64,000 bases of DNA, taken from Steroidobacteraceae bacterium (GTDB taxonomy: Bacteria; Pseudomonadota; Gammaproteobacteria; Steroidobacterales; Steroidobacteraceae). The stretch covers positions 475 through 64,474 of the forward strand of contig JAQBHG010000036.1 of assembly GCA_032127975.1 (NCBI GenBank), given 5' to 3'. This document shows, piece by piece, positions 35,240 through 46,071 of this stretch. Position 1 is the first letter of the stretch, and each line of letters begins with the position of its first letter. The translations under genes and the position numbers were made by a program. A model generated the notes under the pieces. It was not told the DNA's origin, ran no database searches, and saw only the letters and a list, made by a program, of their open reading frames with translations.

Positions 35240-35885
35240 ATCGAAGCTGGACGCGGTCGCACGGCGGCAGCTGTTCGAGCGGCTGCGCGCGTCCAATCCG
35301 CGGCCTGCGACCGAACTGGTCTACCGTTCGCCGTTCCAGTTGCTGGTCTCGGTCATGCTGTCGGCACAGGCCACGGACCGAAGCGTCAATAGAGCGACGA
35401 AGCAATTGTTCCGCGTCGCCGCGACGCCAGGAGCCATGCTGGCGCTCGGAGAAGGCGGCGTGGCCGGCTACATCAGGACAATCGGGCTCTGGCGCGTCAA
35501 GGCGCGCCATGTCATCGCCGCGAGCCGGCTCCTGGTCGAGCGCCACCGCGGCCGCGTGCCGCGCGAAAGGAAAGCGCTCGAGGCCTTGCCCGGTGTCGGG
35601 CGCAAGACCGCGAATGTCGTGCTGAACACCGCCTTCGGCGTGCCGACGATCGCAGTGGACACGCACATCTTCCGCGTAGCCAATCGCACCGGTCTGGCGC
35701 CGGGCCGCAATGTCCGCGAGGTGGAGGACCGGCTGATGAATGTCGTGCCGGAGGAATTCCGCGCGGATGCGCATCATTGGCTGATCCTGCACGGCCGCTA
35801 TGTCTGCAAGGCCCGCCGGCCGGCCTGCCCGGACTGCGTGATCGCGGATCTGTGCCGTTACAGCGACAAGACGGTGTCGCGATGA
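35220..35885 (+). CDS. nth: endonuclease III
   Basis: HhH-GPD motif LPGVGRKTANVVL and CKARRPACPDCVIADLC cluster. Start at MARPRT overlaps the upstream gene by 20 nt. Confidence 0.9.
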   Translation: MARPRTESKLDAVARRQLFERLRASNPRPATELVYRSPFQLLVSVMLSAQATDRSVNRATKQLFRVAATPGAMLALGEGGVAGYIRTIGLWRVKARHVIAASRLLVERHRGRVPRERKALEALPGVGRKTANVVLNTAFGVPTIAVDTHIFRVANRTGLAPGRNVREVEDRLMNVVPEEFRADAHHWLILHGRYVCKARRPACPDCVIADLCRYSDKTVSR

Positions 35886-36322
35886 TCATGCTCCCGTCGG
35901 GAAGCACGAAACGCGCAGATCTCAGGCGCGTGTGGCTGCTGGCCTGGCAGAAGGAACGCGAACGACTGGCGCTGACGCCGCTGGAAGCGATGCTGGCCGA
36001 CGTGCTGCGCCTGCACCCCGAATATCTGAAGCTGCTGGAGGATCCGGATGCGCTTGCGCGTGACTGGACGCCCGAGGGAGGCCAGGCCAACCCGTTCCTG
36101 CACATGGGACTGCACGTGGCGCTTCGCGAAGGCGTCGCTGCCGACCGGCCCGCGGGGCTGCGCGAACTGTACAAGCACATGCACAGATCCAGGGATCCGC
36201 ATGCGGCCGATCACGCATTGATGGATTGCCTGGCGGAAACGCTGTGGGAAGCGGAGCGCACGGGCCTGCCACCCGATGAAGCAGTGTTTCTTGCGCGCGC
36301 CCAGCGCGTGGCCGGTCGCTGA
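35882..36322 (+). CDS. DUF1841-like protein
   Basis: NPFLHMGLHVALREGVAADRPAGL signature. ATGA overlap with the nth stop. Confidence 0.65.
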   Translation: MIMLPSGSTKRADLRRVWLLAWQKERERLALTPLEAMLADVLRLHPEYLKLLEDPDALARDWTPEGGQANPFLHMGLHVALREGVAADRPAGLRELYKHMHRSRDPHAADHALMDCLAETLWEAERTGLPPDEAVFLARAQRVAGR

Positions 36323-36346
36323 CACCGGGCCACCGGCACCCGCGAA

Positions 36347-38134
36347 TCAGGATTTCTTCGGCATGTAGAGATCGGTCAGGGTCCCGTCAAATGCTTCCGC
36401 GGCAAATGCCACCGTCTCGGAAAGGGTCGGGTGCGGGTGGATCGTCAGGCCGATGTCGGCCGCATCGGCACCCATCTCGATGGCAAGCGCAACCTCGGAG
36501 ATCAGGTCCCCGGCATTGCTGCCCACGATGCCGCCGCCGACGATGCGGTTTGTCGCCTCGTCGAACAGCAGTTTCGTGAATCCCTCGTCGCGATTGAGCG
36601 TCAGCGAGCGGCCACTCGCCATCCAGGGAAACAAGCCCTTTCCGAGCTTGCGGCCCGCGGCATGGGCTTCCGTTTCGGTGATCCCGGCCCAGGCGATTTC
36701 CGGGTCCGTGTAGGCGACCGAAGGAATCACCAGCGCGTCGAATGCGCGCTTGTGACCGGCGACTACCTCGGCCGCCACCTTTCCTTCGTGGGTCGCCTTG
36801 TGCGCCAGCATCGGCTGGCCGACGATGTCTCCGATCGCGAAAATATGGCGGACATTGGTTCGCTGCTGACGGTCCACGGCGATGTAGCCGCGTCCGTCGA
36901 CTTCGACACCCGCCGCTTCTGCGTTCAGCACGCGGCCATTCGGCACGCGGCCGACCGCACACAGCACGCGATCGTAGATTTGCGGCTGTGGCGCATCCTT
37001 CGAGTCAAAGCTGACCTTGAGGCCGGTGTCCTCGGCCTCGACACCCATCACGCGCGTACCGGTCATGATGGACGCGTAGCGAGAACGAAGGCGCTTCTCC
37101 AGCGGGCGTACCAGGTCGCGATCGCAACCTGGCATCAGCGTGTCCGTCAGTTCGACGACGCTGACCCTGGAACCGAGAGCATCGTAGACGCAGGCCATCT
37201 CGAGACCGATGATGCCGCCACCGATAACCAGCAATTGCGCGGGGATATCCTTCAGGTCGAGTGCAGCGGTCGAATCCATGACCCTCGGGTCATCCGGCAA
37301 ACCCGGGATGCGCGCAGGCTCCGATCCCGCGGCGATGATGCAGTGCTCGAATCCAATGACGCGGGTGGCGCCGTCAGCCACGCGCAACTTGACGCGATGC
37401 GGTGAGATAAATTGCGCGAATCCCCGCAACACATCGACTTTTCGCTGCTTGGCCAGGATCGTAAGACCGGCAGTCAGCTTGCCAACGATCTTGTTCTTCC
37501 ATAGCTTCAGCGCCTCCGTGTCAATCGCAGGCCTGCCGAAGCGGATGCCATGCGCGGCCATCGCTTTCGCATCCTCGATCACGCGCGCCGCATGCAACAG
37601 GGCCTTCGACGGAATGCAGCCGACATTCAGGCAGACGCCGCCGAGCTGCGGCCACCGGTCCACCAGTATCACGCCAATACCGAGATCAGCGGCACGAAAG
37701 GCCGCCGTGTAACCGCCGGGCCCGGCGCCGATCACGAGTAATGTTGTCGTCAGGTCGGCCGCCGGCTCCCCGGCGTCGACCAAAGGTTCGTCCCTGGCCT
37801 GCGATCCCAGCCTGGCGGGCAGCACGACCGTCCGGCCCTCGCCCGCCATGACGACCGTCTCGGTCAGCGCCGGCAGGCGCACGGTGTCGCCGCCTGCGGC
37901 CGCGACCACGGCGATCAGGCTGTCCTTCGACACCCGATCGCCCTTCACGACGCGGACTTCCTGGACCACACCACCCGCGGTCGCGGGCACATCCATGGTC
38001 GCCTTGTCGGTCTCGAGCGTAATCAGCGGGGTTTCCGGCTCGACGACGTCGCCGGGCTTCACCAGCACTTCGATGACCTCGACATCCCGGAAATCGCCCA
38101 GGTCCGGTACGCGCTGCTCGATGATCCGGCTCAC
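36347..38134 (-). CDS. lpdA: dihydrolipoyl dehydrogenase (E3) with N-terminal lipoyl domain
   Basis: N-terminal LITLETDKATMDVP lipoyl domain, then GAGPGGYTAA and the GGVCLNVGCIPSK redox disulfide. Confidence 0.9.
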   Translation of the reverse strand: MSRIIEQRVPDLGDFRDVEVIEVLVKPGDVVEPETPLITLETDKATMDVPATAGGVVQEVRVVKGDRVSKDSLIAVVAAAGGDTVRLPALTETVVMAGEGRTVVLPARLGSQARDEPLVDAGEPAADLTTTLLVIGAGPGGYTAAFRAADLGIGVILVDRWPQLGGVCLNVGCIPSKALLHAARVIEDAKAMAAHGIRFGRPAIDTEALKLWKNKIVGKLTAGLTILAKQRKVDVLRGFAQFISPHRVKLRVADGATRVIGFEHCIIAAGSEPARIPGLPDDPRVMDSTAALDLKDIPAQLLVIGGGIIGLEMACVYDALGSRVSVVELTDTLMPGCDRDLVRPLEKRLRSRYASIMTGTRVMGVEAEDTGLKVSFDSKDAPQPQIYDRVLCAVGRVPNGRVLNAEAAGVEVDGRGYIAVDRQQRTNVRHIFAIGDIVGQPMLAHKATHEGKVAAEVVAGHKRAFDALVIPSVAYTDPEIAWAGITETEAHAAGRKLGKGLFPWMASGRSLTLNRDEGFTKLLFDEATNRIVGGGIVGSNAGDLISEVALAIEMGADAADIGLTIHPHPTLSETVAFAAEAFDGTLTDLYMPKKS

Positions 38135-39725
38135 GGCACGGCCTCGACGAGGCTGTCCGGATGGGTGAGCTCTTCGGTGAGCGCGACGACGAAGCGCACG
38201 GCCTCGGCGCCGTCGACGACCCGGTGATCATAGGAAAGCGACAGAGGCAGGAGCAGGCGGGGCCGGAACTGACCATCTTTCCAGACCGGCCGGGTCTGCG
38301 AACGCGAGACGCCCAGGATCGCGACCTCCGGCGCATTGATGATCGGCGTGAATGCAGTGCCGCCGATGCCGCCGAGACTCGAGATCGTGAAGCAGCCGCC
38401 CTGCATCTCGGCGGCCGTCAGCTTGCCCGCGCGCGCGCGCGCGGCGAACTCCGCCAGGTCGCGGGCAAGTTCGTAGATGTCCTTGCGATTCGCGTCGCGG
38501 ATCACCGGTACCACGAGCCCATTCGGCGTGTCGGCCGCGAAACCCAGATGCAGATACTGCTTGAACACCTGGTTCTGGCCGGTAGCGTCGAGCGAGCTGT
38601 TGAAATTCGGGAACTGCGCGATGACCCGGACGCAGGCACGCGCGACGAATGCGAGCGGGGTCAGCTTGATGCCAAGGCTGGCGGCGCGTTCCTTCAGCGA
38701 TACGCGCAGCGCTTCGAGTTCCGTGATGTCCGCTTCGTCGTGCTGCGTGACATGCGGGATGTTCACCCAGCTGGCCTGCAGACGGGCGCTGGAAATCTTC
38801 TGGATGCGGCCGAGCGGGCGCGTCTCGACCGGTCCGAACGCGCTGAAATCGACGACCGGAACCTGCGGCAACGCGGCCGATGTCGCGGGCGCGGCAGTCA
38901 TCACCCGCTTCACGAAATTCTTGACGTCGTCCTGCGTAACCCGTCCCTTCACGCCCGAACCCCTGACTCTCGTCAGGTCGACACCGAGTTCGCGCGCAAG
39001 CTGCCGCACCGCAGGACCGGCATGGGCACGCGAAGAGCCCGCCTCGACCGCTGCCGCAGGCGCCGGTCCTCTGCCGTCGGTCGCCGCCCCCGTCGGCGCG
39101 GGCGCCTGCACGTCAGCGGGCGCCGCTGAAGCCGCATGAGTGGGCGACACGGCCGTGCCCAGCACCGTCGCCACGAGATCCCCGGCGCTGACGCGCGCGC
39201 CCTTGGCAACATGCAGCTTGACGATCGTGCCGGCAGCGGATGAAGGCACGTCCATCGTGGCTTTTTCGGTTTCCAGGGTGATGAGCGGCGACTCGAGCCC
39301 CACGCTGTCACCCGGCCCGACCAGCACCTCGATGATCTCGACGTCGTGGAAATCTCCGAGGTCCGGCACGCGGATATCGACCGTCCCGCCTGCCGCGGAT
39401 GGCGCGGGCTTTGCCGTCGCCGCCCGCCCGGACCGCGCCGCGGGTTTTTGCCGGCCAGCCGCACCGGACGCCTGGTCCGAAGATTCGAGCACCAAAACCG
39501 GGTCACCCTTGGAAACCCGGTCACCCTTTTTCACAAGCATTTCGACGATGCGACCGGCCGCGGTCGCCGGAACGTCCATGGTCGCCTTGTCGGTTTCGAG
39601 CGTGATCAGCGGGCTTTCCAGCGCGATCTCGGTACCTGGGGCGACCAGCACGTCGATGATCTCGACATCCTGGAAGTCGCCGAGATCCGGCACGTTGATG
39701 GTGATGCGCCTGGCCACGGTCTTGT

Positions 39726-39729
<4 letters not shown>
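38131..39729 (-). CDS. aceF: pyruvate dehydrogenase E2 dihydrolipoamide acetyltransferase
   Basis: Two lipoyl domains (Lys48 and Lys156 in ETDKA/ETEKA), an E3-binding domain, and the catalytic motif DHRVVDGA. Confidence 0.9.
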
Positions 39730-42389
<2,660 letters not shown>

Positions 42390-42422
42390 CAGCTCATCTC
42401 CCACGCCGGCGGCCGGCCCGAT

Positions 42423-43526
42423 ATGATCCTTGCTGCAGTACCCGCGGGTCAAGGTTGCATTCCGTTGCCGAGCCAGACGAACACGTTGACGATCACTCGA
42501 CCGGATGACTGGCACCTGCACCTGCGGGACGGCGAAGCACTCGCGGCCGTGGTCGGATTCAGCGCCCGGCAATTTGGCCGCGCCGTCGTCATGCCCAATC
42601 TGAAGCCAGCCGTCACGACCGTGGAGTCAGCCAGCCGCTATCGGGACCGCATCCTGGGCGCGTTGCCGGCCGCGGCCGGATTCGAGCCGCTGATGACGCT
42701 GTACCTGACCGACGACACGCAGCCGGCGGAAGTCGACCGGGCCAAGGCAAGCAAATTCGTCTGCGGCGTCAAGTACTATCCGGCCGGCGCCACGACCCAT
42801 TCGGATGCCGGCGTCACTTCACTGGCCCGCTGTCATGCCGTGCTTGCGCGCATGGAGGAACTCGACGTCGTCCTGCAACTGCATGGCGAGGCGACTGGCG
42901 CCGGAGTCGATCCCTACGACCGTGAAGCCCTATTCATCGAGCACGAGTTGGCCAGGCTGGTGAAGCGATATCCGAAGCTCCGCATCGTGCTCGAGCATGT
43001 CACGACGGCGGCGGGCGTCGAGTTCGTGCGCGCGCAGGATCATCGTGTGGCAGCCACCATTACTCCGCAGCACCTACTGCTGAATCGTGGCGCCATGTTC
43101 GAGGGCGGCCTGCGGCCGCACCTCTATTGCCTTCCACTGCTGAAGCGCGAGCGCGACCGCGAGGCCCTCGTCGCCGCGGCGACCGGCGGTAACACGCGAT
43201 TCTTCCTTGGCACGGACAGCGCGCCCCACCCGCGTGATGGCAAGGAATCCGCCTGCGGCTGCGCGGGAATATTCTCCGCGCACGCTGCGATCGAGCTCTA
43301 CGCACAGGCATTCGAGCAGGCTGGCGCCCTCGCCCGGCTGGAGGGCTTTGCGAGCCACCATGGGGCGGACTTTTATGGCCTGCCGCGCAACAAGGGCAAG
43401 GTCACGCTCCTGCGCGAGTCCTGGAGCGTCCCTACGCGCTACCCATTCGGGTCCGCCGACCTCGTGCCATTCTTCGCCGGCGAGAAATTATCCTGGAAGC
43501 AAGCGCCTGCAGTTGGCGGCGCATGA
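42423..43526 (+). CDS. pyrC: dihydroorotase (homodimeric type)
   Basis: [11 protein letters not shown] motif. By comparison with the E. coli N-terminus the true start may be the TTG at 42465. Confidence 0.9.
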   Translation: MILAAVPAGQGCIPLPSQTNTLTITRPDDWHLHLRDGEALAAVVGFSARQFGRAVVMPNLKPAVTTVESASRYRDRILGALPAAAGFEPLMTLYLTDDTQPAEVDRAKASKFVCGVKYYPAGATTHSDAGVTSLARCHAVLARMEELDVVLQLHGEATGAGVDPYDREALFIEHELARLVKRYPKLRIVLEHVTTAAGVEFVRAQDHRVAATITPQHLLLNRGAMFEGGLRPHLYCLPLLKRERDREALVAAATGGNTRFFLGTDSAPHPRDGKESACGCAGIFSAHAAIELYAQAFEQAGALARLEGFASHHGADFYGLPRNKGKVTLLRESWSVPTRYPFGSADLVPFFAGEKLSWKQAPAVGGA

Positions 43527-44209
43527 ACGCATCGACGATCATGATGCGCGATCGATTCCGCGGCTTCCTGCCGGTCGTGGTGGATGTCGAGACCGGCGGC
43601 TTCAATTCGGCCACGGATGCGCTGCTCGAGATAGCCGCCGTTCTGTTGCGGGTCAATGGCGAAGGCCGGCTGGTCCGCGAATTGACGATCCGCGAACATG
43701 TCCGGCCATTCGAGGGCGGCCGCCTCGACCCGGCTTCGCTCGCGGTCAATGGCATCGATCCCTGGCATCCATTGCGGATCGCCGCAACGGAGGGCGACGC
43801 ACTCGGTGCGATATTCACGGAGGTGCGCCGCTTGATCCGCGCAGAGGACTGCACTCGCGCGATCCTGGTCGGCCACAATGCTTCATTCGACCTCGGCTTC
43901 CTGAACGCCGCCGCGGCCCGCGCCGGCATCAAGCGCAACCCGTTCCATCCATTTTCGTGCTTCGATACGGCCACGCTGGCCGGTGTCGCCTACGGGCAGA
44001 CCGTGCTGTCGCGTGCAGTGCTCGCGGCGGGTCTCGACTGGAATTCGGAGGAAGCGCACTCGGCAGCGTATGACGCGGAGCGGACCGCGGAGCTCTTTTG
44101 CGCCGTCTGCAACCAGTTCCAGCCGCTCTACGAATCTGCGGTGCGGCGCCTGAAGGACACCACAGACGAGGGACCGTCGAATCCGATGCTGGAGCCTGCC
44201 CCGGAGTGA
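43523..44209 (+). CDS. rnt: ribonuclease T
   Basis: [22 protein letters not shown] exonuclease motif. Confidence 0.9.
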   Translation: MNASTIMMRDRFRGFLPVVVDVETGGFNSATDALLEIAAVLLRVNGEGRLVRELTIREHVRPFEGGRLDPASLAVNGIDPWHPLRIAATEGDALGAIFTEVRRLIRAEDCTRAILVGHNASFDLGFLNAAAARAGIKRNPFHPFSCFDTATLAGVAYGQTVLSRAVLAAGLDWNSEEAHSAAYDAERTAELFCAVCNQFQPLYESAVRRLKDTTDEGPSNPMLEPAPE

Positions 44210-44225
44210 TGCGCGCAAGAAGGCT

Positions 44226-44558
44226 TCAGGTAATCGCGCCGGCTTCCTTCAGCAGCGACTGCAATTCGCCGGAGCGATACATCTCGACGACGATATCGCA
44301 GCCGCCGACCAGCTCGCCCTTGACGTAAAGCTGGGGATAAGTGGGCCAGTTCGAGTAGGCCTTCAGCGCCTCGCGCAGTTCTGGCTCCTCGAATATGTTG
44401 ACGTGGCGGTACTGGGCCTTGAGCGCGTGGAGTGCCGCCGCAGTCTGCGCGGAAAAGCCGCACTGCGGGAAGTCCGGCGTGCCTTTCATGAACAGCACCA
44501 CCGGTGCCGCGTCCAGCTGTTCCTTGATCCGCAGGGTCATGTCGGTTTCGCTCATCAT
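44226..44558 (-). CDS. grxD: monothiol glutaredoxin (Grx4 family)
   Basis: CGFS active site. 110 aa counted from MMSETD. Confidence 0.9.
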   Translation of the reverse strand: MMSETDMTLRIKEQLDAAPVVLFMKGTPDFPQCGFSAQTAAALHALKAQYRHVNIFEEPELREALKAYSNWPTYPQLYVKGELVGGCDIVVEMYRSGELQSLLKEAGAIT

Positions 44559-44746
44559 GTGCTCCGATTGGGCTCCGATTCGCCGCGGCGGTCCGCTGCT
44601 CTCCGTATCACGTCCCACTGCTCACCGGCCTTCATGCCTGTCCAGCCGGCGATTTCGGTAATCGTCCGGAAGCATCCTCGGCAGACGCCACGCTCGTCCA
44701 GCGAGCAGATATTCAGGCAGGGCGAGTTGGGGCCGCGATCGATCAT
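44555..44746 (-). CDS. DUF1289-like small Cys-rich protein
   Basis: SPCLNICSLDERGVCRGCFRTITEIAGW pattern. ATGA overlap with grxD. Confidence 0.6.
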   Translation of the reverse strand: MIDRGPNSPCLNICSLDERGVCRGCFRTITEIAGWTGMKAGEQWDVIRRAADRRGESEPNRST

Positions 44747-44810
44747 GTCTGAAAGCTGCCCTGGAGCCGGGCTGGCCAATCCCATTCACGGGCAAGCTTC
44801 CGCTAACGCG

Positions 44811-44839
44811 TTGAATTATGGGGTACGCTGCCCTATTCT
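44811..44839 (+). promoter_or_regulatory. candidate sigma70 promoter for the downstream membrane-protein gene
   Basis: TTGAAT, then a 17-nt spacer, then TATTCT, about 22 nt upstream of the ATG at 44862. Motif match only. Confidence 0.25.
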
Positions 44840-44861
44840 TCAATGACACCAGGGGGCACAG

Positions 44862-45464
44862 ATGAATCCTCTCAAGAGCGTCACGGGCACGGTAGTCACC
44901 GGTTTCGTGCTGGCGACCCTGTTTGCAGTACTTGCCGTCGAAGGCGGCTGGAACGAACTCGGCCTGGCACGCTGGCTGCACATCGTCTCCGGGATCACCT
45001 GGATCGGAATCCTCTACTACTTCAACGCGGTGCAGGTTCCGGCCCTGGCCGACGCCGCCGCCGACAAGGGCGGTCCCGGTGGTGCCGGCATCGCGAAGTA
45101 TGTCGTGCCGCGTGCGCTCCTGTGGTTCCGCTGGTCGGCGCTGGCAACCTGGCTGACCGGTGCGTGGTACCTGCTGCGGGGCGCCAATTTCGCGGGTGCA
45201 TTCTCGCTCGGGTTCGCCGGCGATGAATTCAACACCTACCAGTTCGTCATCGGAACCGGCGCCTGGCTCGGAACGATCATGCTGTTCAATGTCTGGGTGC
45301 TGATCTGGCCGAACCAGAAGAAGATTCTCGGCATCGTAGCGGCGACCGACGAACAGAAGGCCGCGGCGCGCAAGATCGCATTCACCGCGTCGCGGACAAA
45401 TACCATGCTGTCGATTCCGATGCTGATGTGCATGGCGGGCGCCACGCACGGGGTGCCTTTCTAG
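44862..45464 (+). CDS. membrane protein resembling the N-terminal membrane domain of urate hydroxylase PuuD (no cytochrome c domain)
   Basis: WLHIVSGITWIGILYYFNAVQ motif. About 5 TM segments. 200 aa. Confidence 0.55.
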   Translation: MNPLKSVTGTVVTGFVLATLFAVLAVEGGWNELGLARWLHIVSGITWIGILYYFNAVQVPALADAAADKGGPGGAGIAKYVVPRALLWFRWSALATWLTGAWYLLRGANFAGAFSLGFAGDEFNTYQFVIGTGAWLGTIMLFNVWVLIWPNQKKILGIVAATDEQKAAARKIAFTASRTNTMLSIPMLMCMAGATHGVPF

Positions 45465-45556
45465 GCAATAGCGGCGCGCTGCGCGCGCTGCGGCTGCGTG
45501 AACCCGTAGCCCTGGGCGTAGTCGACGCCCAGGCCAAGCAGCCCATTGAAGTTGCG
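45461..45556 (-). pseudogene. 31-codon relic of the C-terminus of an EAL-domain protein
   Basis: The minus-strand translation RNFNGLLGLGVDYAQGYGFTQPQRAQRAAIA* is bounded by stops on both sides. It matches the last 31 aa of the 49181-51913 gene at 22/31 residues, and 74/96 nt by my hand alignment. Confidence 0.55.
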
Positions 45557-45573
45557 CTACAGATACATTGAAA

Positions 45574-45936
45574 TCAGATCAGGCGCCCGAGCAACATCAA
45601 TGAGCCGACTGCCATCACGACGCCGGTGACTTCCGCCGTGCTCAAGCGTTCGCCGAATACCAGGTAACCGATGGCGACGAGCAACAGGCTGCTTGAAACG
45701 GCATAGAGGACTCCCGCCGTGCCGAGCTTCATGACCTGCATCAGGAAGACCCAGCCGAGCGCAAAGGAAATGGTGGTGAGCGACCCCAGAACGAACCAGA
45801 TATTAAGGAACGGCTGCGGCTGGTTACTGGCGGCCTTGAGCAATGCGTCCGCCGCGGCTCCCAGCACGCTGAGCAGGATCGCAAGCGCCACGCCGCCATA
45901 GGCGCCAAAGAATGTTTGATGAACGGCGTTGGACAT
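45574..45936 (-). CDS. small 4-TM membrane protein (SMR/DMT-like)
   Basis: 120 aa with four hydrophobic helices and high GC3. Confidence 0.55.
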   Translation of the reverse strand: MSNAVHQTFFGAYGGVALAILLSVLGAAADALLKAASNQPQPFLNIWFVLGSLTTISFALGWVFLMQVMKLGTAGVLYAVSSSLLLVAIGYLVFGERLSTAEVTGVVMAVGSLMLLGRLI

Positions 45937-46071
45937 GGGCTAACTCCTTGAAAGTGTGGCGAAAACCGCATCCCGAATCGGAGGACGCCATGCTCCGACA
46001 TGCGTCTTTACAAGTCCCGACCGTCTCCGGATCATTGGCTGACCCTTCTCTGACCTGCGGTAATTGCCCTG

